Positions 1-12,639 of a DNA stretch of 64,000 bases are shown piece by piece; the stretch's first letter is position 1, and each line of letters begins with the position of its first letter. The stretch lies in assembly GCA_009914755.4 (NCBI GenBank), contig CP068257.2:26368001-26432000 (forward strand), written 5' to 3'. The translations under genes were made by a program, and so were the position numbers. The stretch is from the human T2T-CHM13v2.0 reference genome, Homo sapiens. The notes beneath the pieces are model-generated. The model was not told the origin of the DNA. It saw nothing but the letters and a program-made list of their open reading frames with translations, and did no database searches.

Positions 1-66
1 CAGTTAAATATCTTGACTAAGGTCATAGTGAAGAGAAAAAGAAGCAGTTAAATATCTTGACTAAGC
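1..66. repeat. 21-bp direct repeat cagttaaatatcttgactaag at 1-21 and 46-66; may be part of a larger tandem array extending beyond the window edge
   Basis: identical 21-mers read directly from sequence. Confidence 0.6.
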
Positions 67-729
67 TAATAATAAGTGGTGAAACCGAAACAATAATCTT
101 GTCAGTCTGACTTAGCTCTCAGGCATATACTATGAGCATGTTTAACCTTATTTAAAATATTTTTATTTTTTATGTGTTTCCCCATGATATTGAGCAGTAA
201 AACCTTACAATAAAAAGAGACTAGGTGGTTTTCCTTCAGGGCAACTAGGAAGTAGGGAATAGGGGAAACAGCATTCCATTCCACAGTCTACTTTGTAGAG
301 AGAGACCAGACAGCAGGCAACAGTAGAAAAGAAGAAAATAAAACAGGATGTTTTTAAAGACCTATTATAAGTGGATAAACAAAGGAAAAAGCAAGAAAAA
401 AGGATAAAGTTTTCCTACTTTGGTTTTTTTATTTCTTTTGTTGAAATTCCAAAACTTATTCTATTTTGAGTATTATTTATTACTTGCCCTTGAAAACATT
501 ACATAGATGATCTGTTGGAAGATTAAGACCATGAGTGTACAGTATATCCACATAAGATGAATTAAATCCGTTATTTGTAACCATGGAAGAAACTACATGT
601 TTTTATTTTCTTTTTTTGTCACCAACTCAAAATGCAAATACACACACTCATAGACTTAAATTTAGTAAAGAGAAAACAATGATAAGAATGGATTGCAGCT
701 CAAATATCTACACATTTCTCATGACCCTA

Positions 730-976
730 AATAATTTGCGAGCACAAAATTATACTAGCACTTGGTTACATTTCAGGAAATATTAAAAAAATATTGATTA
801 ACAGTGATTTATTAATATTTTAGAAGATTATTGAATGTGTTGTAGATCATAATAATTTGTGAGCACAAAAGTATACTATTACTTGGTTACACTTCAGGAA
901 ATATTAAAAAATATTGATTAACAGTGATTTATTAATATTTTAGAACAGAAGATTATTGAAGATTTTGTTGTAGATT
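730..976 (+). repeat. tandem duplication, two copies of a ~120-bp unit (730-849 and 850-976), ~93% identical, second copy carries a small insertion
   Basis: aataatttg(c/t)gagcacaaaa...attgattaacagtgatttattaatattttaga repeated head-to-tail. Confidence 0.8.
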
Positions 977-2575
977 CTATTTATTTTCTATGAAATCCAA
1001 ATAAGATATATTTTCCATGAAAATACACTGTATTTGAATTTAAATCCTGGGACCATATTAATGCAGAAATTACAAGTGTGTCATTTAGCACATAATTTTC
1101 CCAAATGGAGACATTTTGCTGAATAACAAACTGCCAAATTGAAGGTACAGCATATGATAAAAGCAGTTTGAGTCAGATTTTCCCCCAATGAAATCAAACA
1201 ACAAATTGTGTTGATTTAATTGTGAACTTATACTTATGGATTATAACATGAAGGAATGAATTTTTCACTTTCCTGTTACACCATTGCCTTTATTTCCAAT
1301 CCAGAATTACAGAGGAGTTGTAAGGCAATTAAGGGTGTTACACAGGGCTTTTGGGTGCAGCACTGGAATTTTAAAACAGGTTTAATGGCAATTTTTGATA
1401 AGTAATATACTGTAATATACCTTTTAAACTCTACATGGACTTTAAAATCTTTTATGGAAAATTCTCAAGTTTCCATAATAAAAAAATGCTCTGCTTTCTT
1501 TGGGGAATATTTTTGGGAAAAATAACTTAGTTCAATTTTCATGGAAAAAATACCTAAATAGTAGTATTGCTGTTCAAATTGTGTCACATTTCTTTTTGTG
1601 GGTCTTTTGAAGTAAATCAACAGGTTTATGTAAACATTATGATTTGGCTTCTCCTAGATGTTAGAAAGAAGCAGTGTGTAAGTAGTGACGTACGTGGGCT
1701 TTACGTAAAGAAATTGTGCCATTTTTTCAAGCCAGATATAGCTTCTGTATCAACAAATGGAACACAAATCTTTAGTCTAGGACTTAGAGTTGGGGAAAAA
1801 GGGAAAAAACAACTATAACACTTAAATGAAGTCTTTGTATCTTAGGTTTGTTGACCAGAGTATTATATATATATCTAATGCTACTAAAATTATGATGTTA
1901 TCGAATATTCAAGTTAATTCAATAAGTGGTGGTTATCTGTAGTAATCATAGAGAAAGGAACTATTACTATGAGGGACCTGCGGGTACAGGACCCTAGTAG
2001 TAAGTTAGAGTAGAGGTAAGTATCTGAGCAGCCCATTCTGCTTTCCTGTGAAAAAGCAGGTATGCAACACATATTTGCTAAGCACACCAAGGTCTAAGAA
2101 TGATACACATTGAGAAGCTTGAACATTATTACATCTTGATAGCAGTTACGAAAATTGTTAAATGAAGGTTCTTATGGTGCACCTAGAAATCACTCTTTAA
2201 TCCAAGATGTGATTTTCATTTCCATTAAGCTTCCACCCACACATACTAATGTCTTCTTAACTTTCTGTATAATTCCTTGGCCTTTTCTTATAGTATCTTA
2301 GGTTATGTTAGTCTTTAATTTCTATCCGTTTACTTATAGGACATATTCAGCTGCCTGTTAGTCACACCACAAACCTTTGTGCAGACGCTTGGAATATATT
2401 CCTAATTGTTTTCACAGTTGATTATCGTGGAGTCAGCTATAAAAGAAAGAGCCACTCTAATTAGTGCAGCTGATTCCTATGTTGAGCTGCTAACATCGAT
2501 CTGTTTGAAAGTCTCTTTTTGTGCATTTACACACAAGTTCTTAAGCAATGATGACAGCAGTACCCTAAATATTAA

Positions 2576-2626
2576 AAAAGAAAGAAAAAAAGAAAAGAAA
2601 AAAGAAAAGAAAATAGCATGTAGAAA
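2576..2626. repeat. purine-rich (AAAG/AAAAG)n low-complexity tract
   Basis: direct reading. Confidence 0.7.
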
Positions 2627-2689
2627 AGTCGGGTAGAGTTTATTCCATGGCATAGTCATTTTAAAGCAGGTAGTTTTTGAGAAGAAGGT

Positions 2690-2760
2690 GTTTTTTTTTG
2701 TTGTTGTTTGTTTGTTTTTGTTGTTGTTGTTATTGTTGATTTGTTTGCTTGTTTGGAGAA
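2690..2760. repeat. (TTG/TTTG)n simple repeat
   Basis: direct reading. Confidence 0.7.
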
Positions 2761-4541
2761 ACCAGCAAAGTAGAACTCCAAAGTCCATCTTTTAGCAGTG
2801 TACCTCAGGGTTTTCAATTCAGACACAATGTATATGGGTTGACACTTTCCAGATCATTGAATGCAAACCATTAAAAAGAACTATATGTAGCCAGGAAATA
2901 AGAAAACATTTTATGGCTCTCTAGAAGACAGACTGGGTGTCTGCTTCTGCATGCCCTTTTCTTTTCTTTCCTTTTTTCTTTTTTTTTTCTTAATCTCTAG
3001 GATAATGCTGACACCATTGCTTAAAGTTCTGAATGTGACTGAGAATAATCATTTCACACAAAATATCCCCAACGGGTCTGTCAACTGGCAAACAGCTAGG
3101 AATATCTTTTGACATCTTGCTTTGCAGAACAGCAATAATCTCTCGCCACCTGTCAATTCCACATGTCTCATCCCCTGCCCCTGGTGATTCTTGGCAATCA
3201 GCAGCCAGTGCCTGTGTAATAGCACTTCTGCCTCCTTCTAGTGTAGTGCTTCAAGCTGTCCTGTTTCTCAGAGAGCAGACACATTGCCTAAAATGAAATC
3301 TTAGAGGTACTGTCCACACTCTGTCAGTAGATAAAGGAATCAGAACTACTCAGACGGAAAATAAGGTGCAAGGGGGTGTAATATGGATGTAATATGGACT
3401 TGCATACATGCTTCTTTGGCATATGTTTCCCTCTATAAAAAAAATTAAGTTGTGAAATATGTTAATGACATCATTGACGTAGATAAAAAGGAGCAAAGAA
3501 AACCAAGAAGTTTCAAATGATACATTTTGAATTTAGCAAAATGTGGTTTTACTAGGAAACATTAATCAAATGTAGATGAAAATCAAATTCATTCCATATT
3601 TCTCCCCAGGAAATAATGATTAATAAGTGAGTGAGCTTTGAATTCAAACAAACTTTGGTTAATGAGGAAAATACAAGCTTTTACTGTAGGCAATGGTCTT
3701 GACATATATTTTTTTCCTCATTTCTGGAACAACTCTTGCCTCATGATTCATTGATGGGATACCTATGAATGAATAGTTGCATAATGGTGAAGAGATTGTG
3801 TGTGTATTTTGAAGCCTTTCATTTTCTTCTGTCTTCCCTGATTAGTCATGTCCATTATCCAGCTAGCTCTAAAATTCACATCCTAATTGCTCATTAGTTT
3901 AGTTTAGTGAAAAATGATTTAAAAATTATTATTCCACCTTTAAAAAATCTAATAGCCATTATGGTCGAAGGATAAAACCACTAAGCATTATATTTAAGAA
4001 ACATAAAAATCATATTTAATATAGTGGGAAATACTTCAAACTAGAAACGGCGTAGATGAGAGATTTGTTTAAAACTTATATATACTATGAAAGTATAAAT
4101 GCAAAGCAGCAAAACTTGTTTAAAAGTCAGTATTATTATATTTGAATAAAAATTCTTTGATAATTACTAAGCAAATTTCATAAAATGGGTTTTTAGCAAT
4201 TTAAAAAAAGGAATGCAATTTGAAAATTCTCACTACATTTTAAATGTACACATTTATGGGCAAGCATTAATCATAAATATCAACAAGTTACAAAAAAAGC
4301 CGCACAATTTTATTGCATGAAAATTTGTTTTATGCACATATTTCTTATGATATATATTCAGAGCACAAATAAGCATAAGTATCTAGATGGCTTATTCATA
4401 AGCAAGTGATATGTATGTGTCACAACATACATTTTATAGTTGGTAATGTTTGCTGAGGTTTCTCAAATGGCATTGAAGTTAGTCAAGGTCAAACTTCAAA
4501 TCTAAACTTTAATCTTACATCCATTTCAAAGATTCTACATG

Positions 4542-4616
4542 CACACACACACACACACATTCTAGATACCCACACACATACACACATAAACACACACACA
4601 CACACACACACACACA
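4542..4616 (+). repeat. (CA)n microsatellite, interrupted
   Basis: direct reading. Confidence 0.85.
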
Positions 4617-4670
4617 TGCAGAAATGCACTTACAAATTCCAGCCTTAGCCACTACTTGGGTCAGCCTGCC

Positions 4671-4686
4671 TGGGCTGTTTGTGTGC

Positions 4687-4723
<37 letters not shown>

Positions 4724-4725
4724 GT
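4671..4725 (+). repeat. (GT)n microsatellite with GC interruptions; inverted relative to the (CA)n 55 bp upstream
   Basis: direct reading. Confidence 0.85.
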
Positions 4726-5594
4726 GTGTGTGTTTGCATGTTTTTTACTTTTTTTTTCCTCATTACTTTTCTATTTCTTACCCACTTAATGAGCTGCAGG
4801 AGAGGTGGGCTGGGAGGGAAAGGGGCACATCCTACCTCACTTGTACATTGACACTGGAGCAGTCAAATGTCACCGCTCTTGGGGGTCAGTTCCTCCAGCT
4901 GACTATCTCCTGTTGGTGCCTTCCAGGCTCCTTGGCAACCTCTCCACTGAGCATCGCCATCCCGCAGTTTTCTGAGGCATTCCCTCCGCAGCAAACATCC
5001 TGCCACTCAGCCTCTGCTCCATGTGCATATCAACATGCAGCCCCTGACTCGGACTTGCTTAGTCCTACCTGGTGGCCACCTTTAGTTGGGTTCATAGTGA
5101 AGGCTCTGCCTTTTCTTCTATGTACTCCCGAGCCTATATCCTGCCAGAATTGTAAGTTCTATTCAGACACCTCAATAGATTGGCACTGGTTTCTATTTCC
5201 TGGACCCCAGGGACCCACACTCAGTTCTTCAAAGCATCCTCTCACTGTGGTCCCCAAAGCATTCTCTGACATCATCCTTCTACCAGGGGTGGGTTAGGAA
5301 GTAGAAAGCATCCACTTCTTTCCACCTCCTGTTAGGCAGACAACTATCTTCACGGAAAACAGTACTTACAAATTCAGCAAATCTAGCAGATGATATTCTA
5401 GTACTTCTGTATAAAATATATGCATAAAATCTAGTTTTTGCCTGAGAGTGAAAATAATGGATAATATCCATTGTAACCACCCATTAGACAGAAAAATAGG
5501 TAGATATAGCAATCTACACATATAAATAGATAGATACATAGATATGTAGATATATAGATTATAGGTACCTATGCACAGATATATTCCAAACACT

Positions 5595-6031
5595 GTTGCC
5601 AACTGATATGACTTGGATCTGTCCAAATCTCATGTCTAATTTTAGTCCCCATTGTTGGAGGTGGAGCCTGGTTGGAGGTGTTTGGATCATGGGGATGGAT
5701 TCTCATAAATGTTTTATCACCATCCCCTTCGTGGTGTCCTTGTGATAGTGAGTGAGTTCTTGTGAGATCTGGTTGTTTAGAAGTACGTGGCACCTCTCCC
5801 CCACCCCCACCCCCACTCTCTTTCTCTCTTGCCCCTGTTCTCTCCATGTAATATGCTTGCTCCCTATTTGCCTTCCATTGTGATTGGAAGCTTCCTGAGG
5901 CTTCCCCAGAAACAGAAGTCACTGTGCTTCCTATACAGCCTGCAGAACCATGAGCCAATTCAACCTCTTTTCTTTATAAATTACTTAGTCTCAGTCATGT
6001 ATTTATAGCAATGCAAGAACAGCCTAATACA
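5595..6031 (+). mobile_element. solo MaLR LTR, MST-type (ERVL-MaLR)
   Basis: starts tgttgccaactgatatgacttgg...aaatctcatgt..., ends ...caatgcaagaacagcctaataca; matches MST LTR consensus motifs (ggaggtgg.gcctggt.ggaggtgtttggatcatgg, ccatgagccaattcaacctcttttctttataaattac). Confidence 0.75.
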
Positions 6032-6132
6032 CCAACTAAAGATATGTATTGTCATTAATGACTTGAACATTCTCAACTATTCATGGCATTTAACAATGCT
6101 TCATTACAAAAAATGGATTTTTTACATTTTAT

Positions 6133-6250
6133 GTGTTTTATTCATGATAAATGAAATGTGCTTTATTCATGATAAATTTATGTGCTTTATTCATGACAAA
6201 TGAAAACTTGTTCTTTTTGTTTGTTCTTTTTATCATGAATAAAGCACATA
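6133..6250. repeat. three tandem copies of tgtgctttattcatga(t/c)aaat followed by a perfect ~21-bp inverted copy (6228-6250); hairpin-capable
   Basis: atgtgctttattcatgacaaa ... tttatcatgaataaagcacat are exact reverse complements. Confidence 0.7.
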
Positions 6251-7047
6251 AAATGTACCTTTCATGTTACAGGCTAAAACGTTTACATTGCAGGCCCTTT
6301 TATTCCTCTCCTACCCTTAACCTCCCCAACCGTATACATCAATAAAGAAAAGAGAAAGAGAAATGAATTAGCAGTGAGCAGTAAGTGGAAAAGATACAAG
6401 TTTTTTTCATGGCCAAGTCTAAAGTCATTTTGAGTTAATTAAACACAAGCTACTACTAAGCCAATAGAGGACATATTAAGTCTTTAAAAATATTAATTGT
6501 GATTTTTCTACACTAGATTTCTGTTGCTTGATTTCTCATTCATGACTAAAATTGTTAGACCTGTTAAAATATAAAAACACTTGGGAAAAGAATCCCAAAA
6601 CAATTGCTCCTGGAAAGTTGCCATCTTCCCTGGAAGTTTCCAGTGAGCTGAGTTATTCTCATTGCAGCACGAAGGACACATAGACCCACAGTATCATTCC
6701 TTCTGTTTGTCTTTGCATTCTCATTTTCCAGGCTATTGCATACAGCAACTATTCAAACGTTTTTTGGATACCTTCATTAGCTATGGCTTCCAAACTTTTG
6801 GTTAAAATAGTAAGCTAAGCTGAGCAAGCAACATTTTGGCCTTTTCATTTTATTGGGCACACTGGTCATTTATTGCCCCTCCCCCACTCTATTCCCCTGG
6901 CACCAGCACCGAGCATTCCCTGGATGGGGATTTGGCTGTCTGGCTAGTGGCCACTTCACTGCATGCCACACATCTGTGCCCTTGGAATCTGAGGCCTTGT
7001 CTTCATTTTAGGGCACTAGAAATATTTCTGCCAAAACTCCAAAAGTT

Positions 7048-7116
7048 GTTTCTTTCTTTTCTATTCTTCTCTTTTTTTCCTCCTTTTTCTTTTCTCTTTT
7101 CCTTTTCTTTTTTTTA
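7048..7116 (+). repeat. polypyrimidine (CT-rich) tract ~70 bp
   Basis: direct reading. Confidence 0.7.
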
Positions 7117-7229
7117 AATTTCTGAGAACAATATAAGCTACACATACATTTGATGGTCAACAGCTGACACTACTAGGAAACATATGTGTAAGAGCAGATT
7201 TCAAAGGCCTTAATGCATCTCCTAGCTCC

Positions 7230-7320
7230 ATTTCTGACTCTATAATGTTGTAGAAGTCACTTAAATCTCTCATCCCCTGTTGATTTAACTACAAAATGAG
7301 ACCAGTTATAGAATTGTGTG
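7230..7320 (+). mobile_element. MIR-like SINE core fragment (tentative)
   Basis: aagtcacttaaatctctcatcccctgttgatttaactacaaaatgag resembles MIR core aagtcacttaacctctc...cctcatctgtaaaatggg. Confidence 0.35.
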
Positions 7321-8520
7321 AGAGGAGAAAATAGTTGATATAGATGGAAGAGCTTTGAACATTCTGCACTCTCACATATGCATTGTATTAGTATTACTAT
7401 TAGGTCAGATGGACCCTCATCTATGACTGACCAAGATGCTGGGTACACGAGCTAAAGGAATCCAATTCACTATCCCAGGGTTGCATCGCAGTGGATTTCA
7501 TACAGGCCAAGAAAAAACAAAAACGTTTTTAAGCCTCCATCCTCAGATCAAAACAATAAACAAAAAATTATGATATCCTTAACAATGTCCTGGGTTAATA
7601 TTTTATTCCATAAATCAAGTTTTCAGAACTCTTTACCCTCTAAGAGATACAGATTGAACATGCCTTTATAGGCTTTGAATTTCATAACTTCTAATCTATG
7701 CTCATAACCTGGAAAATGTCATCATACTGAATGCCCACATGAAAAGGTACTTTTAGGACCTGCCAGTGACAGTTTATACACACATCAGTCCCTTTTCAAA
7801 TGTCATTTCCATTAGTATCTTACATCAGAATCACAAGTGAAATGAATATGCTGTAACCTAGTATTTTAAAAGGTTATGTTGAAGGAGTAGAGAGGCTTAA
7901 ATTAATTTTCCCTTTTCTCATCCAGTAGGCCTTTACTCAATAGGATTTCCTACAATTCTATCTTAATCCATGTCTCTGTGGATGAACCAAACAGACCACA
8001 ACATAGAAGAGCCTGCCAAAGTGGCTTCCTGCCAGCAGCCCTCTCTCCTCTTTAAGATAGACTTCAGCTTAATGATTGTACAGTGATCCAAATCAATGAA
8101 GAAAGCAAAGAACAGACATGTATCTCATTATCTTCTGCAAAGATCTATTTGTTTAGCCATGTGCAAATATTGCCCTAAAATGGTAAGTTGGTTAGCACAT
8201 ATTAATCATTTACTAGATCTATTCAATTCCTAAAATTAATGTTAATTTAATATGCAGGGGGAGTTGCATGGCTGTTTTCGTTGCTGTAGACTTGATATAG
8301 GCAGAGAACAAGCAGAAAATTATTTAGAATACCCAGTGGAATCCATCAGTGGAATCCATCATTATATTTTTGAGACTATTAATTAGCCAAAGATTGTAAA
8401 AGTATTTTCTAGCAATACCAGTTAAATGAAGTAGAAAAGTTAAATGAAGGCTAAAAGCCCACACAATGCTATCGTGCTGTAAGTATTGTTCTCAATTATT
8501 GGAAGTACATATATTATAGA

Positions 8521-8736
8521 AGCTCAGTATGTATTTCCTAATGAACTGCTTCATGTAAATTATTTCATGCCATAATCTTATCCTTTCCTATACTTTGGCA
8601 ACTGTTGAGAGGCTGGAAAAGACTGTATTATTTATTCTGAGGCCAAAATATAATCATACTTGGGTAAAAGATACTAGATGTTCATCCACTGAACATTTAT
8701 TACAGCAAATTTTCATAATCCATAACACTTAGGATG
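8521..8736 (+). repeat. copy A of a ~215-bp low-copy dispersed duplicate (partner 12261-12475, ~94% identical)
   Basis: agctcagtatgtatttcctaatgaactg...ttcataatccataacacttaggatg present twice with unrelated flanks. Confidence 0.75.
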
Positions 8737-9464
8737 TTTACATCTAATTTTTATCTTGATTGAATTCAGCATTAATAAATTTGAATTTTTTTCACTAAAA
8801 TATTATTTGGCCTATGAATATCCTGGCAAAAACCAACCACATAAGACTAGGTTTTTATCAATTTATAAACAAATAGGTTGATTTTGAAAAAGTTATCTTT
8901 TTAAGTATCTACAAGGAATTTAGAAAATGCAAAATATCTTATAAATTTGAAGGTTGATATAGTAGATTCACTTTAACTCTTTCTACAGGAAACTTTTTCA
9001 GAATATGAATCAATAAAATAAATAAAAAGTGTTTACTTCTGTATCTTATGTAGAAATTATTACTAAGGTAGGAATGAATCCTCTCTTAATAGTCCATACA
9101 ATCACTTTATTCAATCACTTATATATTTACCAAGAAAACTACAAATCTTATACTTTGTATACAGGAAAGACTGTTAAAGTATGAGATATACCCATATTGT
9201 AATCTATTTAAGAAAACAAAACTAAATTATGAAAAAATAATCAACTTTGTGATATTGCCCTATGTAAAATTTCTTCTACTTCACAGTCTATATACTACAG
9301 CTTCTCTATAAAAAACTCTCTCAGCTCTTCAAGATCTTACCTACAAATAAAAATATCTCTACATTCATCATTATTTTTTTCCTATTACCTAAAATGAAAT
9401 TATTCTCTGGAAATTTTGCTCTTAATACTCTTTCCTTACTAATACAAGAAGGAATGTATCTTCT

Positions 9465-9748
9465 TGTAATTCCAGCCCAGCCTTTTGAGAGGCTGATAAA
9501 GGAGGATCGCTTGAGCCCAGGAGTTCAAGACCAGCCTGGGCAACATAGTGAGACTCCATCTCTACACAAATTTAAAAATTTAACCAGGCATGGTGGTGCA
9601 TTCCTGCTGTCCCAGCTACTCAGGAGGCTGAAGTGGGAGAATTTCCTGGGCCTGGGAGATTGAGGCTGCAGTGGGCCATCATGGTACAACTGCACTCCAG
9701 CCTGCACAATAAAGTGAGACCCTGTGTCAAAAGGAAAAAAGAAAAAGA
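9465..9748 (+). mobile_element. Alu SINE, slightly 5'-truncated, older (AluJ/S-like), A-rich tail
   Basis: tgtaattccagcccagcc...gagttcaagaccagcctgggcaacatagtgagac...ccagctactcaggaggctgaag...gcactccagcctg...aaaaggaaaaaagaaaaag. Confidence 0.9.
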
Positions 9749-11175
9749 ATAGCCACCAGGCAGGCTGCAACCCTTTATAAGAAATAAGTCTCTCCTTTCC
9801 AAATTTATGAACCTCATCATTCTTCAATTGACAGAATCCTCTCAATAAACATGCTGCACATATTTTAAAAATTCATGGAAATTGACATTTCTTTTTCATT
9901 CCTTGGTATCTATCCCCTTAGATACCATACTTAGAAATCAGCCATGTGTGTCTATTATGCAATTTTCTGTATTTCATTGTGTTTTATAGGTATTTGTGAA
10001 TTTATATTGCCTTACTGAAAAATAGTACCTTCTTGAAAGCTGTCTCTTGCTATATATTGGGCTTGTATCTCACATAGTGTCACACAGAATCCTTCACATA
10101 GTGGAAATTTGCCATTTGATGGCAAGAGAAACAGGAAGGCATGAAGACCCATTCATTCATACCGCCCATTCAGGATCATCTTTTCATGGAGAATTATCTC
10201 TAGGCCATTTAGTGAACAAAACATTTCAGAGCTCAATACATTTCAAAGGCATATACATTCAACAACTGGATCAGTATTAGCTGAAGACAGTTTTCCAGAG
10301 ATAGTTTAGAGGTACCAGTTCTCAGAGATTCTAAACCAGTATTTCTGAGGTAGAGTCCAGTAGACTACACTTTTAAAGAACTCTACATACTTTTTTTAAA
10401 GCCTGTTTCACAGCAAGATTTTAGAACTAATGAATATTTTACATGACACATTTTCTTAAAATCTTGGGGCCTTAATATTAGCATGAAACATGAGTAAACT
10501 ATGACTTGGAGTAAATAATAAAACTTGCCTAAGTTTATTGAATTATAACTCACATCTGGAGTTTGGGGTCAATACTACCTTTTACCATACCACAATTGCC
10601 TTCCATGGAAATACTTTTTTGTTTAATTATGTGTATCACTTTCTCAGGAGATATTATTCTAGATTGTGGGTTACTACATCAAGCCTATCTAACACTCCCC
10701 CTTTCTCCTCAAGTTTTGGTCAAGGTTTTATTTGCTTGTTGGTTTAATTCTCCACTGTGGCTTACTTGAGCACACAGAGAAGTCTGTCTTGTTTTCTTCC
10801 CATCCCTAATCCTAACCTGATCCTAATCCATTACCTGAGAAAAACATTCATATGAGATCCTCTTTCTCCTAAGGAATCATTTTGTATATCCAGCTTTTTC
10901 TAACCACTTAGTAGTAATTTAACCAATTCTCCTGGCCAACACTTGAATCAAAGTGATAGGACAAGTTAATTCACACTAACCTGCTAATGAATATAAAGAA
11001 AATATAGCATCATTCTCCCAAAATATATAAGAATTCAGTGTGCTTATAAAAAATTGAGGAAAGTACAATCATTGAGTGATAATAATTTTGCCTAGAAGAG
11101 GCATTTAGAACCATTTATATTTATAATGCAGCTAACATTTTGACTGGTGTATTAATATCATCCAGAGAAACAGAA

Positions 11176-11342
11176 ACACATATACACACACACATATATA
11201 TACAGATGTGTATGTATATTACATACACATGTTTATATATACACAGCTGTATATATACATATATACATGTGTGTATGTATATGTATATATATAGGCACAT
11301 ATAGCCTATTGATAATTCTGGAGAGAGAAAGAGAGAGAGAGA
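11176..11342. repeat. compound (TATG/TACA/CA)n microsatellite followed by (GA)n
   Basis: direct reading. Confidence 0.8.
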
Positions 11343-12224
11343 TTTTAAGGAATTAGGTTACAAAATTGTGAGAGCTAGCAATTCCAAAATCTGAAGGATA
11401 GGCTAGCACGCTGAAGACCCAGGTAAGAGTTGATGCTGCAGTTTGAGTTTGAAGGCAGTTTTCTGTTAAGGCCTTCAACTAATTGGATGAGGCCTACCAA
11501 CAAAATGGAATGTAATCTGCTTTGGAATGTAATGGAATGTAATTGCTCAAACTCAGCTGTTTTAAATGTTAATCTTATCTAAAAAATACCTTCATAATAC
11601 ATGCAGAATCATGTTTGACCAAATATCTGGGTACTGATGCCTAGCCAAATGCACACATAAAATTCACCATAATACCTGGTAATACATAAAGAAAATTCAT
11701 TTTACAAATCAAAATAATCTGAGATTAAAATTAAGGCAATGTATCCTTATGGAGTGTTATTGTATCTCATCAGTCAGCTTAACGTGAAATGAGACTACTA
11801 GGACAGGACTGATGAGAAAACCATAGCACAGAGAAATAAGATTTCATAATAACATTTCACAAACAGAAGTTCAGGGGCTGCAGGATCAGAAACCCAATTA
11901 TGTCATCATGTTATTTTTTTGTGAGATTTGAAAAGCAGCTTTGTAATTTATTCCAGGGTAACCATAAATCTGAATTTCATGGCAAACTTCTAGCAGCAGC
12001 AAACATGTGCACTTGAATGTATTCTAGACAAGAGACCAGAGTAAAATGTAATAAAAATTTCAAAGAAACTAATATCTACTTCTTTGAAAAATGCCACAAT
12101 GCTTCTAACCCTCTCTTTTCTCTATATCTTGTGTATATACGCAAGATACCTAAAGGAACATTAGTGTGCTCCTTCTTCAATCACCTTACACAATTTTATT
12201 CTTGTCTTGTTTTTCTTTTTCACA

Positions 12225-12252
12225 CACAAACACACACACGCACACACAAAGT
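12225..12252 (+). repeat. (CA)n short microsatellite
   Basis: direct reading. Confidence 0.7.
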
Positions 12253-12260
12253 GTTTTCAA

Positions 12261-12475
12261 AGCTCAGTATGTATTTCCTAATGAACTGTTTCACATGAAT
12301 TATTTCACGCCTTACTCTTATCCTTTCCTACACTTTGGCAACTGTTGAGAGGTTGGAAAAGACTGTATTATTTATTCTGAGGCCAAATATAATCATGCTT
12401 GGGTAAAAGGTACTAGATGTTCATCCACTGAACATTTATTACAGCAAATTTTCATAATCTATAACACTTAGGATG
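12261..12475 (+). repeat. copy B of the ~215-bp dispersed duplicate (partner 8521-8736)
   Basis: see copy A. Confidence 0.75.
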
Positions 12476-12639
12476 AACTTCAAAGCATGTATATAGCTTT
12501 GATATAGCTTGCTTGCTTAAGTAAAAGCTATGATAAACTTAATTTATCTTGAGGATACTGGAATCTGTGAGAGAGTGAGAGATGTTCCTAGATATTATTT
12601 TTGGCTTAATTTTTCAGTTTGTAAAACAATCAGAACCAC

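Noticed and set aside
4656-5297. 213-aa ORF
   Set aside because: Begins inside the (GT)n microsatellite (poly-Cys/Val translation) and continues through unremarkable sequence; no coding signature.
730-6250. Short tandem or inverted repeats (730-976, 6133-6250) as CRISPR-like arrays
   Set aside because: The sequence is eukaryotic (Alu/L1-rich); only 2-3 repeat units with no unique spacers of regular length; not CRISPR.
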